The translations under genes and the position numbers were made by a program. The notes below the pieces were generated by a model. It saw nothing but the letters and a program-made list of their open reading frames with translations, did no database searches and had not been told where the DNA came from. This document shows positions 55,439-63,114 of a stretch of DNA of 64,000 bases, in pieces. Origin of the DNA: a virus (taxonomy: Duplodnaviria > Caudoviricetes); the IMG/VR virus record IMGVR_UViG_3300033067_001005, positions 1-64,000 of that record. One strand, given 5' to 3'. Every line of letters begins with the position of its first letter. Position 1 is the stretch's first letter.

Positions 55439-55467
55439 CAGCCTGTGGCGCATAGGCTGTTTTCTTT
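55439..55467 (+). terminator. Intrinsic terminator at the end of the morphogenesis region
   Basis: CAGCCT-gtggcgcat-AGGCTG-TTTTCTTT. Confidence 0.6.
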
Positions 55468-55482
55468 CCAGGAGAGCAGCCA

Positions 55483-56994
55483 ATGTTGCCCATCGTTATA
55501 GATGCCATGAGCTGGTATCCACTAGAGATACTGGCTGACGTAGAGAAGACAAAGCGAGACCTAACAGTAGAAAACAAGGCGTACGCGGATAGACTGAAGT
55601 TCGGCAGACCAACCGAGCGCGACTTCTCCCACGTGACGCTGTACGAGGAGACCGAGGACTACCTCGGTGTTCCTCGTACCTACCATCCTGTGCTGAATGC
55701 TAAGGCTGCTTTTAGCCGCCAAGAAGTGCTAGAGGACGTGTGCCCTTTGAGAGGCTCCAAGCCTTGGCCGCTCCGCCGGCAGCCAAGAGAGCACCAGCTA
55801 AAGCCTCTAGAGGTACTGCGCGCCAACGCTGAAGACGGCTTGCTGTGCATGGGTTGCGGCAAAGGAAAGACTGTCATTGCGCTAATGCACGCGGCGGAAT
55901 GTGGGCTGAAAACCCTTGTAATCGTTGACCGCGAATTCATCCTAGAGCAGTGGAAGCGTGAGGCCTGGACGACCATCGCCATGGCGCCAGGAGACATCGG
56001 CCACATCCAGGGGAAGCGCGTCGACGTAGGTAACCGTGTCACTGTGGCTTCCGCGCACACGCTCGCCCGGCGGGACTACGGAGACGAATGGTACCGTCAA
56101 TTTGGACTAATCATCTTCGATGAGGTCCACGTTGCCGCGGCACCCTCTTTCGAGCCGTTGCTGAAGCGCTTTCCTGGGCGTAGGCTTGGCCTCTCTGCTA
56201 CGCCCAAGCGAGCAGACGGATTAGACCCGGTCTTCACGATGCATCTGGGCGGAGACCCTGTCTACACGGACCTGTCTAGAGACCAGCCCTCTAGATGGGT
56301 CTTCAAGCGTTTGCCGCCTCTAGTAAGCGAGAAGATGCTCATGGGCCTATTCTGGCGCCGAGCCGGCAGGACGCTTCACACGCTACTGCGCGACGCGGAG
56401 AAGAACGCGGTCCACGCCCCGCGCAACTACATGCTGAACAGGGCTGCCTTCGAGACCAAGGTCTCTGAAAGCCCCGAATGGCAGGCCACGATCATCTCTG
56501 ACATCCGCAAGGCTGTAGAGAAGGGTCGTAGCGTGCTCGTCCTAGGCAGCCGCACCGACCAGCTAGAGGAACTGGGCATGCAGGCGCAGCTACAGGGGAT
56601 TGATGCTGGTGTCGTCATCGGCTCCACGAAGCAGAAGGATCGGGAGCGCCACTTCAGAGACCGAAGGGTGCTACTGGCGACAGACGACCTCGCCGCCAAG
56701 GCGCTCGACGTTCCACGCATTGACACGCTGTTCCTCCTGTTCCCTTCTAGTAACGAGACGTTCCTACAGCAAGCCTGTGGGCGCATCGACCGTCTACACG
56801 AAGAGAAGAGAAAACCTCTAGTCGTCGTTTACAGCCATCTCTATGTTCCCCGCTTTCAGCGTAAGGAAGATGAGATGGTAGCCGCCATTAGAAAGATTGA
56901 TAAGGATGCCTCCTTCAACTACGTCGGATACTCCCAGAAAAGCAAAGTGGGGCAACGCTCGCGCCTGGACGTGCTTCTTGGAGTACGTCGATAA
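55483..56994 (+). CDS. Superfamily 2 DExH helicase (UvsW/Rad25-like)
   Basis: GCGKGKT, IIFDEVH, SAT, LDVPRID and QQACGRIDR motifs. Confidence 0.9.
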   Translation: MLPIVIDAMSWYPLEILADVEKTKRDLTVENKAYADRLKFGRPTERDFSHVTLYEETEDYLGVPRTYHPVLNAKAAFSRQEVLEDVCPLRGSKPWPLRRQPREHQLKPLEVLRANAEDGLLCMGCGKGKTVIALMHAAECGLKTLVIVDREFILEQWKREAWTTIAMAPGDIGHIQGKRVDVGNRVTVASAHTLARRDYGDEWYRQFGLIIFDEVHVAAAPSFEPLLKRFPGRRLGLSATPKRADGLDPVFTMHLGGDPVYTDLSRDQPSRWVFKRLPPLVSEKMLMGLFWRRAGRTLHTLLRDAEKNAVHAPRNYMLNRAAFETKVSESPEWQATIISDIRKAVEKGRSVLVLGSRTDQLEELGMQAQLQGIDAGVVIGSTKQKDRERHFRDRRVLLATDDLAAKALDVPRIDTLFLLFPSSNETFLQQACGRIDRLHEEKRKPLVVVYSHLYVPRFQRKEDEMVAAIRKIDKDASFNYVGYSQKSKVGQRSRLDVLLGVRR

Positions 56995-57340
56995 GGACGG
57001 CTTTCCTAGGAAGGGGAAGGGGCGGACTCTAAAGGTGGGGAACGTCGACGTAGACCTGTTCCCTACTGGCGTTCTGTGCGGGGCGATCCATCGCAGCAAG
57101 AATACCCTCTATGAGTGGGAGGAACTCTACGGATTCCCTCGTGCTCTATACCGCATGACTGATGACAAGCGACAGCAGCGTTGGTACTCTCGCGCGCAGA
57201 TCCTTGCCATCCTGGAGACGTACCGAGGCGTCGGAGAACTGAAAGGCAAGGTCAATAGAGCGCGCTTTCCCCAATTCATCGCAGCAGTTAGAACGTTTTT
57301 CTACACCATTGATGCTAAAACGGCGGAGCTGAAGAAATGA
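56897..57340 (+). CDS. MerR-like winged-HTH DNA-binding protein (start uncertain)
   Basis: TGVLCGAIHRSKNTLYEWEELYGFP...RWYSRAQI. Confidence 0.55.
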   Translation: MIRMPPSTTSDTPRKAKWGNARAWTCFLEYVDKDGFPRKGKGRTLKVGNVDVDLFPTGVLCGAIHRSKNTLYEWEELYGFPRALYRMTDDKRQQRWYSRAQILAILETYRGVGELKGKVNRARFPQFIAAVRTFFYTIDAKTAELKK

Positions 57341-57714
57341 GCGACGAAGAGAGTACAGAGGAGATCATCGTTTGTTCCATCTGTGACAAGCCTTGGATCC
57401 CCCACCACACTGCCGATCAGCCTCATCCCTTCATTAGGACTAGAGACAGTGTGGGAGGCTTCGCCTACATCGCAATATGCTCTCCGTGCATGTCTGAGTT
57501 GAAGAAGGAAAGCGTGCCTATGACGTGCCTCGTGTGCAAGCGTCTAGAGTGGCTGACCATCACCTCTCAGAAAGCACTTGGGCTTCTAGAATCCATCGGC
57601 GATGGAAAGAAACTAGGTCTAATTCACTTTGTAACCGTAGACGTCTGTGGCGTATGTGAGAAAGGGACTCCCAATGAAGAAGCTATTGCTAGTGCTGTCC
57701 ATGCTGCTTGTTAG
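57337..57714 (+). CDS. Multi-CxxC Zn-binding hypothetical protein
   Basis: Four CxxC pairs. Confidence 0.55.
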   Translation: MSDEESTEEIIVCSICDKPWIPHHTADQPHPFIRTRDSVGGFAYIAICSPCMSELKKESVPMTCLVCKRLEWLTITSQKALGLLESIGDGKKLGLIHFVTVDVCGVCEKGTPNEEAIASAVHAAC

Positions 57715-58045
57715 CGCCTGCGCCGGCACGTTCGAGGAGGCTCGGATGGTTGGCCTCAAGAGCAAGCCCGTAGGGGCAAGCTCGGCTAGAACGCCGGAGA
57801 AAGAGAAGTACTGCCAGGAGCTGGATAGCTCGCGCATCTCGGCGGGAGCCAATGCCAAGGGGCTAGGCGTCGTGGCAGGGACCGCCGGAGGGGCTGGTGG
57901 CATCACTGCCGCCGTTCTGAGCGCTCCCAAGGGCGTCGTCATCACTGCCGCAGTCGTCAGCGTTCTGGCGGGGGCCGGCGCTGTACAGCAGCTGTTCACC
58001 TCGGAAGCTAAGGGCGTCACCTGGACGAGGGAGTGCGGACAATGA
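57674..58045 (+). CDS. Lipoprotein with glycine-zipper-like hydrophobic hairpin (start corrected from 57647)
   Basis: MKKLLLVLSMLLVSAC lipobox; GLGVVAGTAGGAGGITAAVL... Confidence 0.65.
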   Translation: MKKLLLVLSMLLVSACAGTFEEARMVGLKSKPVGASSARTPEKEKYCQELDSSRISAGANAKGLGVVAGTAGGAGGITAAVLSAPKGVVITAAVVSVLAGAGAVQQLFTSEAKGVTWTRECGQ

Positions 58046-58308
58046 ACTTCGGAGCAGCCCTATCGGCTCTAAAGTCTGGAGCCTACGCACGCAGAACTGG
58101 CTGGAACGGGAAGGGTATGTGGCTGCACATCCAGCGGCCTGACGCCTTCTCCAAGATGAGCCTTCCCTACCTCTACATGTTCACTGCGGACAAGCATCAG
58201 GTTCCCTGGCTTGCCAGCCAAACGGACATTATGGCCGAGGATTGGCAGATTTTCTACACTAGTGGCAGCAACCTAGCTCCACAAGACAGCGCCGACTGGA
58301 TCGACTAA
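58042..58308 (+). CDS. DUF2829 / Tad2-like (Thoeris anti-defence 2) protein
   Basis: MNFGAALSALKSG..ARR.GWNGKGMW and PWLASQTDIMAEDWQ hallmark motifs. Confidence 0.85.
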   Translation: MNFGAALSALKSGAYARRTGWNGKGMWLHIQRPDAFSKMSLPYLYMFTADKHQVPWLASQTDIMAEDWQIFYTSGSNLAPQDSADWID

Positions 58309-58661
58309 TGAAAAGACAAATCAGAGCAGCCATTCTAATGGCTGCCTCCGTGCTCATGCTGGGATCCACCTGTAACAGCAACAAGGACCACAAGTACGAG
58401 CCTCAGCTAGCACCTATCCCTGTTCCGGGGCAGACGCCAGAAGCCTGTAAGTTGGCTGCTGACCGAATCGAGATTCTAAAGTGCATGCGCAGTGATGGAA
58501 AGCCTCTGTGGGTCTCTGTGAAGGGGAAGCCATGGAGCGTCTACTGCGTAGAGGCTGCTAACGAGGGGGATGTGCTCCGGCCCGACTGCATCGTCAGGGC
58601 AACAGACTGTGAACAGGTCAACGTCTACTCCCACGTTCCACTGGAGAAGTCCTGTCCATGA
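58308..58661 (+). CDS. Cys-rich secreted/lipoprotein
   Basis: Signal peptide ending LGSTC; six further Cys residues. Confidence 0.6.
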   Translation: MKRQIRAAILMAASVLMLGSTCNSNKDHKYEPQLAPIPVPGQTPEACKLAADRIEILKCMRSDGKPLWVSVKGKPWSVYCVEAANEGDVLRPDCIVRATDCEQVNVYSHVPLEKSCP

Positions 58662-59548
58662 GCATCCTAACCCAAGGTGAGATTAGTTTCGGCTACAAGC
58701 CTGACCTTCCCCCCGCTCTTAGAGCTTGGTCCCCCAAGGCTGACTGGGATTTCAAAGACCTGAAGGGCAACCTGAAGGTAGCCGGAACCGGGAACACGCA
58801 CGTACTTCCTCTAAAGTACATTTTCGTCCGCAACCAGAACCCGTACCCCACTTGCGTGGGCCATGGAACGTGGGCGGCTCTAAAGTTCCAGCTAGCATAC
58901 GTGCTAGGAAAGGACTTCAACCCTTCCGCTCTCATGCTCTGGTACAACGCCTGCAAGTTCTCTGGCACGCTGCCCAACGTGGAGGGCACATACATCAATG
59001 CTGCGCTCTACGCTTTGGGTCACAACGGCTTCTGTTCCGAGGACAAGGACCGCTACCTGAAGCAGACTCCTGGGGGTATCTGGATCCCTAAGGATGAAAC
59101 TGAGATGGTGGTTCGTCCGGAGCTAGAGGCTCTACAGGACGCCGACGATAACAAGCTAGAGGAATTCGAGTATCGCCGCGTCTCTCCTGACCCGGACGAC
59201 ATCGAAGCCAGCATTCGCGCCAACATCGGCGTGATTACTGGAAAGGCAGTAGGTAGCAGCTACATCAACCAATTCGACAACCCGGACGAGGAGACTGTCC
59301 TAACGGACATGGGCCCGTATGCTGGTCGTCACTGCACCTACTACATCGGCGTTCGTCAGGTCTATAGAGGCGGACAGCTGAAGAGAGAGTTCCTCGACTT
59401 CAACTCCTGGGGACCTTGGGGCCACGGCGCCGTAGGCTCCGACGGAGAAAGCATCCCATACGGGTGCCGTTGGATTAGCGAAGACCTCGCTGCCTCCGGC
59501 GAAGACAACTGGGCAGTAACCATCTCTAAGCAGCACTTCATCGTCTAA
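58658..59548 (+). CDS. Papain-like (C1 family) cysteine peptidase
   Basis: RNQ...TCVGH (Gln/Cys), GRHC (His) and FNSWG.WG (Asn) catalytic motifs. Confidence 0.85.
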   Translation: MSILTQGEISFGYKPDLPPALRAWSPKADWDFKDLKGNLKVAGTGNTHVLPLKYIFVRNQNPYPTCVGHGTWAALKFQLAYVLGKDFNPSALMLWYNACKFSGTLPNVEGTYINAALYALGHNGFCSEDKDRYLKQTPGGIWIPKDETEMVVRPELEALQDADDNKLEEFEYRRVSPDPDDIEASIRANIGVITGKAVGSSYINQFDNPDEETVLTDMGPYAGRHCTYYIGVRQVYRGGQLKREFLDFNSWGPWGHGAVGSDGESIPYGCRWISEDLAASGEDNWAVTISKQHFIV

Positions 59549-59556
59549 GAGGGAAC

Positions 59557-60054
59557 ATGTCGTCTAAGAAGCCGGTAGCCACTACCTCCATTTCTGTTCT
59601 AGGTGTCAAGGCCACGCTGCGAGAGATGCTAGAGCGCATCGAGAAGGCAGAAGCAGAGAAGGCTGCAGTACGCGGACTGCACAGCGAGCTGTTCAAGCAC
59701 CTAGACTCCCTGGACTCCGTGATCGAGGAGACCAAAGAGTCGATGAAGAGACTAATCTTCACCAAGGGAGGGCCGCCGGATGACGACGATGTTACTGGCA
59801 GAATGTGGGTGCCTGCTGAAGGCACCATCTTCGATGTCCGCATCGTCTACGCCAAGGAAAAGGACAGCTACGACCCGGCCAAGTTGCCGAAGGCTGTACT
59901 GTCCGCTCCTGGCGTCGTGACCGAAGTGGACACGGACGTCGTAAACGCTCTACTAGCCGGCATGACGCCGGCCAAGCGCTACCGTGTACGGAAGGCGCTG
60001 CAAGAGGGCAAGTGGAAGACTCCAGCACTGGAGATTAGAAGACGAGAGGACTAG
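59557..60054 (+). CDS. Hypothetical protein with N-terminal coiled coil
   Basis: GAGGG RBS; ORF track. Confidence 0.6.
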   Translation: MSSKKPVATTSISVLGVKATLREMLERIEKAEAEKAAVRGLHSELFKHLDSLDSVIEETKESMKRLIFTKGGPPDDDDVTGRMWVPAEGTIFDVRIVYAKEKDSYDPAKLPKAVLSAPGVVTEVDTDVVNALLAGMTPAKRYRVRKALQEGKWKTPALEIRRRED

Positions 60055-60351
60055 ATGACGCATGCGCCGACTCATATCCTGAAGTGCAGAACGATCGCCT
60101 TCCAAGCCGTCATAGAGAAGACTAAAACCCATGACATCCGCTCTACTCTGGATTGCGAGTATGCCGTCGGCGACGTTTTGCACTATCAGGAATGGGACGA
60201 CGCCACCTCGAGCTACACGGGCCGTAATGCCTGGGTGACCGTCACCTTCGTCGACCAGTTCTCCACGGACGCCGTAGCCCTGTCTATCCATCTGTCGCAC
60301 TTCACCGACCGGCCCCCATCGGGGCACTACATGAAAACCGAGTCCTTCTAA
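60055..60351 (+). CDS. ASCH/PUA-like (DUF3850) protein
   Basis: H.LK....F..V....KT.DIR...Y.VGD.L...EW.....YTGR. Confidence 0.75.
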   Translation: MTHAPTHILKCRTIAFQAVIEKTKTHDIRSTLDCEYAVGDVLHYQEWDDATSSYTGRNAWVTVTFVDQFSTDAVALSIHLSHFTDRPPSGHYMKTESF

Positions 60352-60369
60352 CTCAGAAAGCCGATCGCC

Positions 60370-60750
60370 ATGAGCATGCCCCGTCTCACCCTTCCCAAGC
60401 TGAAAGGCACTCCTGTCCGCAAGCCCGGAGGGCAGGCTTTCACCTCAATGGAGGTAGAAAAGACCACCCGCAGCGGAGAGAAGCAGACACTAGCCGCTTC
60501 AGAAGAGGTCCATGAGGTGACTCCCGCCGTAACCACTACAGGAGACGCCTTCGTGGGGAGCGAGATGCATGTAACCATCCCAGGACCCCCCAAGAGCTAC
60601 AAGACGGTAAGAATCGGGGCTTCCGTCTACATCCCCTGCGAAACGGACGACAAGTCCATCTCTAACGCTCTTTCCAGAGCTGATGCGCTAGCTCAGCAGC
60701 ACCTTGAGGGGCTAGCAGCCGAGGCACACAAGTTCTTGTCGGAGGGCTAG
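60370..60750 (+). CDS. Hypothetical protein
   Basis: ORF track; SYKTVRIGASVYIPC motif. Confidence 0.6.
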   Translation: MSMPRLTLPKLKGTPVRKPGGQAFTSMEVEKTTRSGEKQTLAASEEVHEVTPAVTTTGDAFVGSEMHVTIPGPPKSYKTVRIGASVYIPCETDDKSISNALSRADALAQQHLEGLAAEAHKFLSEG

Positions 60751-60831
60751 ATGATCATCAAGGCTAAGGTTTGTGAGAACTGCGGGCATGTGAAGTGCGA
60801 TGGCAAGTGCAAGAAGGGAAAGGACTGCTAG
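60751..60831 (+). CDS. 26-aa Cys/Lys-rich micro-ORF
   Basis: ATG abuts the previous stop; GGAGG upstream; MIIKAKVCENCGHVKCDGKCKKGKDC*. Confidence 0.4.
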   Translation: MIIKAKVCENCGHVKCDGKCKKGKDC

Positions 60832-60943
60832 AGCCCGAATTACTCTAATCAGGAAGGGGCGGGGACCAGCGGAGGCAGGAACGTCGAAATTCCACCCTCT
60901 AATGGTCCTCGCTCATATAAAATAAGTGCGAAGTTAGTACACT

Positions 60944-61016
60944 CACGCGCGTATGCGCGTATGCGCGTTTCTCACCCCTCTGGGGTGATACCCGTGCGTA
61001 CGTGCGTACGTGCATG
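60944..61016. repeat. Long imperfect inverted repeat built from 8-bp RY-alternating tandem repeats around a perfect 7-bp hairpin
   Basis: (GCGCGTAT)-type repeats at 60944-60968; TCACCCC-tct-GGGGTGA at 60972-60988; (CGTGCGTA)-type repeats at 60993-61017. Confidence 0.85.
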
Positions 61017-61057
61017 CCTGCACGAACACGCGGCGCGCGCGAGAAAAGGTTGCACTA

Positions 61058-61444
61058 ATGTCTCAGCTTCAATACTGGAAGATCAAGTTCTTCGACCAAC
61101 ACTCTTCTAGACTCGACTCCGTTCGTTTGAAGAACATAGTGGAGATCAACGAGCAGAAATGCTTGCTCTACAGAGGCCTAACCCACTATGACACGTCTAC
61201 CGTTGCTGCTACCCACCTTGGAGTACTTCCAAGTGAGGTGCAGCTAGAACTTGTCGGACCTGTGGAAACCATCTCTGATCTCCATGCCGCTTTGGGATTA
61301 GAGAAATTCCGCGTTCTATTGCTCGTTTATCACACTGAAGAAGGTCTAACAGAAGAGTTGCTTGGAGCCAACGAGAGTCTAATCAAGATGGTCATCGGAG
61401 GACCGCACTCTTTACGCAACTCCAGTGACTGGCTGAAGCCCTGA
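61058..61444 (+). CDS. Hypothetical protein (start corrected from 61010)
   Basis: AAGG upstream of ATG 61058. Confidence 0.5.
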   Translation: MSQLQYWKIKFFDQHSSRLDSVRLKNIVEINEQKCLLYRGLTHYDTSTVAATHLGVLPSEVQLELVGPVETISDLHAALGLEKFRVLLLVYHTEEGLTEELLGANESLIKMVIGGPHSLRNSSDWLKP

Positions 61445-61543
61445 TCGGCTGTTGCCCTCAGCTGAAATGTGGGGCATTCTGGCGCTCGCTTTTCACACCG
61501 CCCGAAAAGATTAGCGCAATTCACACTCTAGAAAGAGGTTACC

Positions 61544-62653
61544 ATGGCCGCCGCCCGCTTTCGTCTACCGCCTAGGTCCGCCAACTCTAAGACCACTACT
61601 CCTGAAGACCTTGACGGCATCATGTCGTGGGTCAATGCCGATGACCGGAACAAGGAAGATGCCCTGGCACCCGTAGCCAACATCGACTTTACAGACAGGA
61701 AGACGCTAATGGTCCCTATGAAGGGGGCCCAGCGTCGCGAATACGCCTTCAACGAAAGCTCCTACAAGCAGCTGTGCTCGCTACTAGGCATTCCCGCCAA
61801 GTATCTAGCGACGTGCCCCGTAGATGGGCCCGGCGGGCAGAAGGCGCAGGTAGAGAACAGAATCGAGCAGCACGGCGGGAAGGAACTCCTCGTGCGCGTT
61901 CGTAATGCGCCAATGGACGTAGACGGGAAGAAGGTTGCTGGAGTTGTCCGCGCCGTACTGCCAGGCAACTACACTCCCTTCGACAATCGTCACATGGTGA
62001 CTTCACTCCGCTCGGCTATCGCCCAAGCCGGCGAATTCAAGCTGCAAGCCTCTAACATCACAGACCCGAGGTCTTCCGAAAAGGCTCTACAGATTCGGAT
62101 GACCAGGGAGGAGACGTTCGAGATCGGAGAGCTAGGCCTGAACGACCCACATCAGGTTGGCTTCCACGCCGTCACCTCCGAGGTGGGACTACAGCACCTG
62201 TCCGTCTCCGCTCTTGTGTGGCGCCTTGTCTGCACTAACGGGATGATGGGGTGGGGAGACAGCCGTATCTTGGACACCAACTACACTAACCACACGGTTA
62301 GCGAGCTGATGCCGCGCATCCATGAGGCCGTGCTAATCAGCATGCGCCAGGAAGAGGCAATCAAAGACATGCTCCACCGGGTGTACCTGGAGCCTGTGAA
62401 GGACCCCGAATCCTCTATTCACATCTTCGCCCGCAAGATGAAGTTGTCCGACAGCCTGACCGAAAGGGCCCTCTACCACCTGAAGATGGACCGAAGTGCC
62501 AAGCCAACGAAGTTCACCGTTCTACAGGCCTTCACGGCCACCGCTCGGGAGGCTCCGCTGGCCGAACGAGCAGGACTAGAGGCTCTAATTGGTAAGACCC
62601 TCATCGGGGGCTCTTACACGTTGGAGCAGAATGCACATGACGAGGAAGCATGA
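61544..62653 (+). CDS. DUF932-family protein
   Basis: Y.PFDN; S.VG...L.V...VWRLVCTNGM motif. Confidence 0.75.
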   Translation: MAAARFRLPPRSANSKTTTPEDLDGIMSWVNADDRNKEDALAPVANIDFTDRKTLMVPMKGAQRREYAFNESSYKQLCSLLGIPAKYLATCPVDGPGGQKAQVENRIEQHGGKELLVRVRNAPMDVDGKKVAGVVRAVLPGNYTPFDNRHMVTSLRSAIAQAGEFKLQASNITDPRSSEKALQIRMTREETFEIGELGLNDPHQVGFHAVTSEVGLQHLSVSALVWRLVCTNGMMGWGDSRILDTNYTNHTVSELMPRIHEAVLISMRQEEAIKDMLHRVYLEPVKDPESSIHIFARKMKLSDSLTERALYHLKMDRSAKPTKFTVLQAFTATAREAPLAERAGLEALIGKTLIGGSYTLEQNAHDEEA

Positions 62654-63114
62654 GTGTTAGTGCTGCTTTAGCTTGGTACAGACGCAATAGAGAGACGATC
62701 TTACCAAAAGCTAGAGAACGTGGAAACGCTCGCTACAAGGAAAAGAAAGTAGAGATACTAGCCAAGGCAAAAGCCAGATATCATGCGGACCCAAGTAAGT
62801 ATGCTGATAAAGAGCTGAAAAGAAGGTTCGGAATAGGACTGGCTGACTACTTTCTGCTGTTACAAAACCAAGGCAATGCCTGCGCTATATGCAAGTCGTC
62901 TACTCCGGGAGGGCGTGGACGCTTTCATGTGGATCACTGCCACACTACTGGAAAGATTAGAGGGATTCTTTGCCATTCCTGCAATGTGGGATTGGGTGTG
63001 TTCAAAGACAGTCCCTTTCTTCTCTTTCTAGCTTCCGCCTATCTAAGGAGCCATAAGTCTGATGTCAGCAGCAGAAATCGATTGGGAAGCCGCGCTCATC
63101 TCCGCTATCGTTAG
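62650..63114 (+). CDS. Endonuclease VII-type HNH nuclease
   Basis: Q...CAIC, HVDHCH.TG.IRG.LC..CN.GLG.FKD motifs; ~40% GC in a sampled line. Confidence 0.9.
   Translation: MSVSAALAWYRRNRETILPKARERGNARYKEKKVEILAKAKARYHADPSKYADKELKRRFGIGLADYFLLLQNQGNACAICKSSTPGGRGRFHVDHCHTTGKIRGILCHSCNVGLGVFKDSPFLLFLASAYLRSHKSDVSSRNRLGSRAHLRYR

Noticed and set aside
60944-61017. CRISPR array
   Set aside because: The repeats are 8-bp contiguous tandem units with no spacers, and no cas genes are present.
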